Source: Octopus sinensis (lineage: Eukaryota). Taken from it: a stretch of DNA of 64,000 nucleotides. Position numbers and translations under genes: made by a program. This document shows, piece by piece, positions 55,346-64,000 of this stretch. The stretch's first letter is position 1; every line of letters starts with the position of its first letter. The stretch covers positions 99,448,001-99,512,000 of the forward strand of contig NC_042999.1 of assembly GCF_006345805.1 (NCBI RefSeq), written 5' to 3'. Under the pieces are notes generated by a model. The model had not been told where the DNA came from and made no database searches. It worked only from the letters and a program-made list of their open reading frames with translations.

Positions 55346-57514
55346 TCTAAACTTATTATTACTCTAAATACTAGCGTGATGAGGGGATTGTCTGGTCCAA
55401 TTGGGGATTATATGAAACGTCAGTATGAAATACACAAACTTTGTATGAAGCTTATGTCAGAACATGCATGTGATTAGCAAATGAAAGTAAAAGTTTCTTT
55501 TGTAGAGATTTCAAAATACTGCATATATCTTTAGCTGAAATTTGGATATAAAGACTTTACAGTTATTTAAAAGATGTGTATGAAAGTGAATTCCTTGCAT
55601 AGCAAGTCAGCATAACACCCACATCAAAATGAAACAAATGCTACATGTGCTTGTACTTAAACACTTTATTCAGCCATGTGATTTCTTTCTGTATCCTTGT
55701 GACAATAAATTACTGTACCTTCTTTTTGAATATGCTTATCAGATGTGACTCTTCACCTTCTGGCATCTGCAGCGTCAACGTTGCTTTGAACCTTCCAAGA
55801 TCAATGAAAATAATTCATCAGTCAATATTTAATAGTCAACACCACCTTCACATAAAAAAAAATGCAAATATGTCTTTATATGTTAGAAATAATTAGTTGT
55901 ATTGAGCATTAGAACGTCGCAAATTTGTGATTGTAATATCTTGTATTTTACATAGAAAATATAAAAAAAAAAGTTAAAATATCAGTTAAAAATTAATTGA
56001 CATCTAACATAAGAACATGATATCATATTTTAGCGGGGGAATATAATTAATGCATATGTAGAACTCAGTATCTTATAAGCATACGGTGAGAGGCAAAGTT
56101 GATACTAGTGAGATGTAAACTGAAAATGTAAGAGGACGAAAATAAAAACTTCAAAATATTTTGTTCAACGCTCACAGTACATGTAATGCTTCCTTACATA
56201 AGGACAATTTTCACTCCTTTATGCTAGGGAGAAGAAGTCGTCCATTAAATCTTGACTGGTACTATATTTTATTGACTCCAGAAAGTTCAAAGGTGAAGCT
56301 GATCACGGTAGGATTTGAACTAAAAATCTAAAATGTTATATGCTTGAACGAAATTAGAATACATTAATATCACCATTAGAAAGAAATCTAAATTTACAGG
56401 TGAAATGACAGAGTAGACAAACTGTTCGGATGCAAGGTCATAGAATATAAGTTCAGTTTCCGAGGTGGATTTTCTGTTGATTCCGTGAAAAAAAAAATCA
56501 TTAACTTTTAGGTTCGCCTATTAAACAATTGTGACATCGTAATGTCAAACATTTTTTGCCAAAGATAAATATACAATATAATGGAGCCTATAGAAGAGTC
56601 ATACTATAGACTAACACCGTTAAGAGGAGATCTTCGGAAAGTAAAAGAGCTGTATTAAATACTGTTATTGAATAAATTAGGGGTAGTTAAGTGAAGTTAA
56701 AAAGAAATTAAAAGCAATTGAGAACAAGAGACGGCCCTTCTATACTTAACTATAAGCATGCTGCCTCAGATACACTAGCACATTATGAACCATACCAAAC
56801 ATGACATACGATAAATTCTATAAGTAGGTTATATATTTCGAGCAGATGCTGTCTAGGTTTTTTTCATTGCTATCTATTATAAATTATTCTAATTGCTACT
56901 TGATTGAGTTATAAAATATTATAGCTATTCAGCGGACCAGAAAACAAAGTATATGTTTTGAACAATTAGTCTTACTAATCAAATTGCAAAATTGTTAATT
57001 AATGTCCCAGATTGTCATTAAATAGACTAATTAATTATCAATCTTCAGTTTAGGAAACTATTTAACATGTACAACAAGCAACTCACAATACCACTCCTAA
57101 ATGGAACCTGTTAACATTCATTATAACTCTGTATATATTCACCAAATACCTATATATATATACACATACATACATACGTAAATATGTCATCATGATCATC
57201 ATTTAACATCTGCAAGCTGCTTTTTATTCTGGTGTGGGTTGGAAAACGTGAGTCTATACATATTGTGTATATATACAGAGATTTATAGAAGAAGATTGGA
57301 TTAATTGGCTTTAATTACAAATTGTAGCATTTCTTTCTGTGGAATCGCAGCAACTGTAAGTTGCTGATTAATCAGTCTCATACTATTAAAATATGTTATG
57401 CAATACATACACATATACACACCGATACAGACATATACTTATATGTAAATATAGATTTATATATCTATATATGCATACATACATAGACACACACATACCC
57501 ACACACATGTATAC

Positions 57515-57539
<25 letters not shown>

Positions 57540-57546
<7 letters not shown>

Positions 57547-57797
57547 TACATACATATATACATGTAAATAAATAACAGCAGATGGATAATTCCTACACTT
57601 GTCAATTCACTACAGCTGTTATTACATCATTAGAAAAACCCTGAATCACAAGATTTAAAAACATTCCAATGTCAACGAGATGTGCCTCTTCCTGAATCCA
57701 TGACCCTTGCTGTGCACACATTTTACTTTTCGACCCAACCCAGTGCCTTACACTTTAAGTGCCTCATTCACTTGAATCCTGGTGTATTATAAATGTA

Positions 57798-57841
<44 letters not shown>

Positions 57842-58090
57842 CATACATATATACATGTAAATAAATAACAGCAGATGGATAATTCCTACACTTGTCAATT
57901 CACTACAGCTGTTATTACATCATTAGAAAAACCCTGAATCACAAGATTTAAAAACATTCCAATGTCAACGAGATGTGCCTCTTCCTGAATCCATGACCCT
58001 TGCTGTGCACACATTTTACTTTTCGACCCAACCCAGTGCCTTACACTTTAAGTGCCTCATTCACTTGAATCCTGGTGTATTATAAATGTA

Positions 58091-58125
<35 letters not shown>
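57540..58125. repeat. 293-bp perfect tandem duplication bounded by (TA)n
   Basis: CATGTAAATAAATAACAGCAG at 57561 and 57854. No differences seen in the non-microsatellite part. Confidence 0.9.
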
Positions 58126-58186
<61 letters not shown>

Positions 58187-58714
58187 CATACATACATAAA
58201 TACACCCCCATATATATATTAATAATTTATTTAGGCAGTACTAACCAAATGTGTACTAAAAAGGAGAACTATAACGGTTATTAAATATGACCGTCTTTTC
58301 TACATATTTACTTCTACTTTTATCTCCAAACTCTGCATCAACCGAAGTTATGCACATACGCATCTGCAAAATCCACGTACATTTAAACGTATACTTACAT
58401 ACATATCAACTATTAGCAATTCTGATCGTTTTATTAACCTTAGGTTAAATCAATATTTTTACTCCTACTCATTATTTCTACTTTTCCAAATGTTTGTTTC
58501 TTTCCAATGTATATTTATTTAATTAAACAAGAATATGTGAGCTACACTTTCTGGCAAATAACACATAATCACTATTTGATTATTATTGGTACTTTCAAAT
58601 TATAATTATTACATACATTTAAACAACAATACTAACGTGTAAAAGTCGTCAACTTACAGTAAACTACATTTTAAGACAACCAAAATATTCATATCACTTT
58701 AAGCATTAAATATT

Positions 58715-59230
58715 TCCTTTGCTAACCTGGTCATGGGATACCTAGAAATCAATCTTTATCGTAAGGTACTAGAAAAAATACGACAACCCATTCTCCCTCT
58801 ACATAAAAAATAACTGGAAGAGGTATCTAGATGACTGCTTCATTCTTTGGCATGAAAGTATAGAGAGACTTCAAGAATTTCAAGCCCTTCTAAATGGACT
58901 TGACATAATCATTCAAGTTACGAAGGAATATAGCCACCAACTACTTCCATTCGTCGACATCCTCATAAAGAAATCCAACAACAAAATAGAAACAGGCATA
59001 TACTATAAGCCCACTGAGTCCAAGCAATATCTACCGTTCAACTCAAGCCACCCCAGACACACTAGAACGAATATCCCCTTCAACCTGGCAGAAAGGATTT
59101 GTACTATAGTATCTGATACCAGTAACACACGACTCATCAGTAGGAACTACCCACCATCACTACTTGATACGGGTTTTCAACGTGCCCTACAACTCAACAT
59201 CCACGAACTCGGACATCCCAAACTAAAGAA
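58715..59230 (+). mobile_element. Neptune-type PLE RT fragment
   Basis: FANLVMGYLE..NNWKRYLDDCFILW (YLDD 58824-58835)..LPFVDILI..IYYKPTESKQYLPFNSSHPRHTRTNIPFNLAERICTIVSD..RNYP. Confidence 0.85.
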
Positions 59231-59749
59231 GGATAAACTGTCGATGAAATTACGCAAAAATGAAAATAACACTGACACTGACATTTATGTATATTTTACT
59301 AAAATTACATGAAAATATTTTGAAATACTAAAGAGTAAATTTATTCACTAAAATCGCCATTGGCTTCAACCACGGCCTTCAGACGACTTCAGAATCTCCT
59401 ACAACTCTACTGGAGGGTCTCCTTGTTTAAGTTGGCGAATGTTCCCTTAATCCTTGCCTTCAGTTCATCTTTGGTCTTACAAGGAGTTTTATTGGTCTCT
59501 CGCACAACTGCGCCCCACACATGATAATCAAGGGAGTTGCAGATATTAGGCGTGATGTGCGAATGACAAGCAGTATAGCATGTCGTTTTCAAATTTCTGG
59601 CAGAGTGAATTGCATCATGGTGCTGTTTTTCTCAGAAACGGTGCACAACTGACCCTATTATTCCATGTAGTTGACAAAATCAAAAACAAACGAAGAGCCT
59701 GCGCGAAATTAAAACTATAAAATTGCGACAATTTACCCATCGCACCCTA
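59230..59749 (-). mobile_element. Internally deleted maT/DD37D-like element
   Basis: The minus strand reads HITPNI..NSLDYHVWGAV..TNKTPCKTKDELKARI..SRLKAVVEANGDF*. TIR TAGGGTGCGATGGGTAAATTGTCG at the right end and a degraded copy at the left. Confidence 0.75.
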
Positions 59750-59780
<31 letters not shown>

Positions 59781-59839
59781 ATGTATGTATGTATGTATGT
59801 ATGTATGTATGTATGTATGTATGCATGCATGTATAGTTA

Positions 59840-59929
<90 letters not shown>

Positions 59930-59930
59930 A

Positions 59931-60006
<76 letters not shown>

Positions 60007-61739
60007 AATATACATACATGCTGACAGAAATACTCAAACATATATCACGCAGCTCCCATATTTCTGGAGACTTCCCGTGAAAAATTACTGTACTATGAGA
60101 AGTTTCGCCTGTAGACTCATATACGGAAGGTAACAACAATCATATTGGTCAATAGTAGATTATCAAAACGACACCAAAAAGCAATATATAACATAATGAA
60201 TTGTCAATATCATTAAAAGCCAACGAATTAGTAGAATCTTTTGAGCGTCAGATAGAATGTCTTTTTGAATATGTGCGAGCTTTGATGTTAATTCGCGATT
60301 GTTCTTTCTTCTACGTCAGCTTCTCGAAAAAGTCGACATGTTACCTTGACTTGGATAAAAGTTGACAGGATGTTATCTTGTAAAAATACAATTAGTAAGG
60401 TCAGCAGAAAACTTTTTTGCTTTTGCCAAAGTAAGTTCTATGAGAAATATGACGCATAGTTTTTCTCAAAGAATTCTCTAGTGTTCTTTCGTTGATCCGA
60501 TGAACGTGTAATTAAAATTCTTTACTCTCATCCAACATAATCCGATTACTTAACGAAAAGATATCTAAATTTTTTCTTATCTAAAACACCTTTTATAGGA
60601 ATATTTGCACAAAGGAAATATTTTGTGCGTAGTTTATCTTTCGTTGATTGAATCTGCTATACTAAGTCATTGATAGTGAATTAATGACAAACTTAATCAT
60701 AGTTGGTCATAAGGTAGCATTTATAAAATCAGTGTAGAGTATCAGTGACCAGGCTGTAAATGCATGACGAATAAACAAATATATCAAGAGAAAACATTTA
60801 AACTTTGAGCCAATAGATGACATTCCAAGCATCCGTGACCCGCGAGACGCAGTAGACAAGTTTCCCTTAAAATCAGACTCTTCTGTCTTAAAGAAGCTGA
60901 TAGCTAGGATTAAATCAGTTAACGTGGTAGCAAGCATATGATAAACTCAATAAAAAGACAACATGACAATGACCAAATTGCTTTTGTTCAAATCCATGCT
61001 TAACCTAGACTGAACGAGGAGTAAACATTAATAACACGAACACATAGAAGTGTAAAATAAAATATTAGTAAAAATGATGGTACTTGGTTTAAGTTGCTAA
61101 CATGACTTGCAACGTTTGAATTTCAACACGCAAGCTTTGACGAAATCACTTGTAAAACAAATACAATTTGATGTAGCTCAATTACGGTTACACATTTAAT
61201 GTAAGCGACCGTTGAGAAATTAATTAGATTGAATTCTACGCTGTACAAGGAAATTAATACTTTTTTATGAGTAGTATTATTTCAGCGTGGAAGGTGTTTG
61301 TAAGCCATTTAAGAGATGCAGCACGGATTTTTGTCAGTGAACTGGTCACGGTCTTAAAGCGACGAAAATATTTTGACAAATTAAACTTAAATGTTGAAGT
61401 GAATCGAACGGCTTTTGTGTATTTCTTAAATGGCTTAAAAACACCTTCCACGCTGCAATTGTTTTCGTTTCAGCACACAATCTCAGATCAGATCACTTGC
61501 TATGCAAGTACATCTCTGTAAATATTATTTCAATTATTGTTTTAATTACCATAGCTAGTACAGAAACAGTTTTAGACAAGTATCGGTCTTACCAGATGTT
61601 CTCAGGTGAGAAATTCACTCGGCAAATGTACAATATTGAACAACATAATAATATACGAGGAAAGCAGCATTTTGCAATGATATTTTATTCATTTGGTTTT
61701 ACATGTTTACACTTTTATCACCTTCAAATTATTCTCCTT

Positions 61740-62000
61740 TTGAAGCAATGCATCGGTTCAGAACGTTTTCCTCAGCAGAAAACAGAATTTCACGGAAGCA
61801 CACTGTTTCTTCCTTTCAGCCATAGCAAAATTCGACGAACAGGGGAGAAACACTGTACAACAAAGACGCACCACGTAGCAGTAAGACTTCAGCTGACTGA
61901 TGCCTGACGGTCGCACTGAGTGGCCTGTAACGGTAGAAACTCGAACTACAATGCGCTTGTTCCACAGAGAATGTTTCACGTTACTTTTGGGTAGTATTTT
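61740..62000 (-). mobile_element. Mariner transposon 5' fragment
   Basis: MAERKKQCASVKFCFLLRKT resembles the mariner N-terminal EQRxxIKFCFxLGKT motif. TIR-like CTACCCAAAAGTAAC near 61980-61996. Confidence 0.65.
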
Positions 62001-62815
62001 GTGATATGTTGTGCGATAACATAGTATAGAGATAATATGCTTTTCGGAAGGATATATTACTCTAACATATCATCTTCAGGTCAATTCATTTTAAACTTGT
62101 TTCATTATAATCTGTTAATATACACACATTACCGCATGTTTTGGGTGTAACAGAATATTTTCTACAAATGTTTTAAAGTCCGAGATTAACTGTTGCTAAT
62201 AAGATTATGCTTTCCTTTTCCGATTATTAAGATCATCTCTAAAGATAACATTTAAAGAATAATATTTACTTCTACATAATATTTTAATGGGTTTAAACGC
62301 TAATCGTCTGGTTGAGCAGATAGTATCAAGGGATATTCGTATTATAAGCTTTTCTTTCTATTGCAAACTGTACTTCTGTCAAGTAAAGCACTGATGCATA
62401 TAAATGTAAACATTAAAAATACAGCAAATCTCAAAAGATGAGGATGTTAGTTACATTAGTTTAATCTAATTTTTACATCCTTCTTACTATAACAAGATTC
62501 CATATTTATGTGCGTATGACGAAAAGATGAGGCTATTCCTGCTGAGTATTCATATGCAGTTTACAGATATTACAAAAAACGCAATGAAAATGTACAGACA
62601 TATCACAACCACACATAAGCGTTCTAACATGTACATATATATTAACATACATATGCATATACAGAAATTGTCACCATTATGAACTAATTTGGATTTTGAT
62701 CTATTTATTTTAAAGTACAACTTTGTTCTATTTATTTTTGCTATGGTGACTGAACACAATGTGTTCATCCGCTAAATGTCATAGTAGATCGGTGTATATA
62801 TTCAGATACATAAGT

Positions 62816-63745
62816 GTGCATGAAGGTATGTGTGTATGTATATGTATGTAACAAGAAATACATAGCAGCATTTGCAATCATCTTTACTATATATGCATTA
62901 GATTGCCCTACATATTTTTGCACAAGCAATGTCGTCCTATAGTCTAAGTAATAATAAACTTATGAAGGTCACCATATAAATATGTCTTTCATTATTTTGT
63001 CTTCCTCCACAGCCTTTTGAAGCACCGACAGCTAAATTATTTAAAGCAATAATTTGAAGCATGTAGTCAAACAAAAATGGTAATTCACAGCTGTCTGCAA
63101 AGTAAAAAGATAATAAAGGCCTTGGTGCAAACAAATAGAAAAAAAAACATCCAGTGGTTATCGTTTCGATTCCTTGATCAATGATCTAGACATACCAAAT
63201 TGTTAAAGAACTAGGAAACATCACTCAATGATTTCTGAAGCAAGAACTTACCAAAATTAACGTTCTCGTATTGAGGGCTATACTAATATAAGAAATTATT
63301 ATTTGAGTTTTTCGAAGGCCAACGATAATAACCTCAAATTTAAATTTCATTTCTTTCATTCTTGATACTATGTCTTTTGATGTTACAGCTATATTATAAA
63401 GAAGTATGCCAAGAGACTTCTATAAAGTTGTTGAACTTGTTAGAAATACAAACTCGATCTTCATCATATCTCACCAAACGAGCATAAAAAGAAGGAAAAT
63501 ACTGAATAATATAGACCAAAAATTATATGATTTCGTTCATATGTTTGCACAAGCAATGTCGTCCTACTGTGTGAGCAATAATTAACTTATGAAGGTCACC
63601 ATATAAACATTTCTTTCATTATTTCGTCTTCCTCCACAGCCTTTTACCTTTAAAACCACGCTTGCAATCCTGCGAGGCATAGTTAGCGTCCAAAAGTCAA
63701 AAGATTTCTATCAAACATTGAGGACTATCAACATGAATTAAAAGA

Positions 63746-63779
<34 letters not shown>

Positions 63780-64000
63780 TCATATAAAATAATATATAAT
63801 ATTATATCTATATATACTTTTACATACACACACACACACATATCTGTAGTTTGATGTATGGGTAGGTAGATACATAGATATGTGTGTGAGTGAGTATGTG
63901 CGTGTTTCTGTGTGAATATACAGTTACATATGTATGGATGAAGGTATGTGTGTATGTATATGTATGTAACAAGAACTACATAGCAGCATTTGCAATCTTC
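62816..64000. repeat. Local interspersed duplications at the end of the window
   Basis: 62821-62880 recurs at ~63940-64000, and 62918-63025 recurs at ~63545-63645. Confidence 0.8.

Noticed and set aside
60707-60985. Minus-strand ORF with GPCR-like hydrophobic text (LTDLIL..CFLLIYL..TAWSLIL)
   Set aside because: Short, bounded by in-frame stops, with no DRY or NPxxY motif and no further helices. Probably chance.
61471-61607. Plus-strand exon-like segment (TTTCAG|..|GTGAGA) encoding a hydrophobic stretch
   Set aside because: An isolated candidate with no recognisable product. The long ORF 61497-61907 runs into an antisense mariner remnant.

Overview
AT-rich, microsatellite-dense animal non-coding DNA. 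The SINE families and repeat style look like a coleoid cephalopod (octopus-like); this is inferred from recognition, not from a database search. No intact host gene, tRNA, rRNA or CRISPR array can be supported. The window is a patchwork of mobile elements. (1) 1-6870 is a near-full-length but frameshifted Penelope-like element (RT with YRDD, plus GIY-YIG). It lies between two ~230-bp pseudo-LTRs exactly 5700 bp apart, each starting with a minimal hammerhead ribozyme, and is preceded by a ~920-bp inverted copy of its own G/T-rich 3' region. (2) Further Penelope/Neptune fragments carry other hammerhead motifs: one intact-looking at 53553-53633 (minus strand) and decayed ones at ~42390, ~48765 and ~12740. 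(3) LINEs: a young 5'-truncated CR1-group copy, a near-full RTE with a possible HDV-like ribozyme remnant at its 5' end, a short RTE with a 14-bp TSD, and an R4/Dong-type RLE fragment embedded in (CATA)n. (4) Non-autonomous Helitrons, maT/mariner remnants and many tRNA-derived SINEs, including a SINE trimer inside a single TSD that shares its unit junction with a dimer 6 kb away. The most notable signal is the self-cleaving-RNA architecture of the retroelements. Part of the first 6.6 kb looks noisy and may include assembly error.
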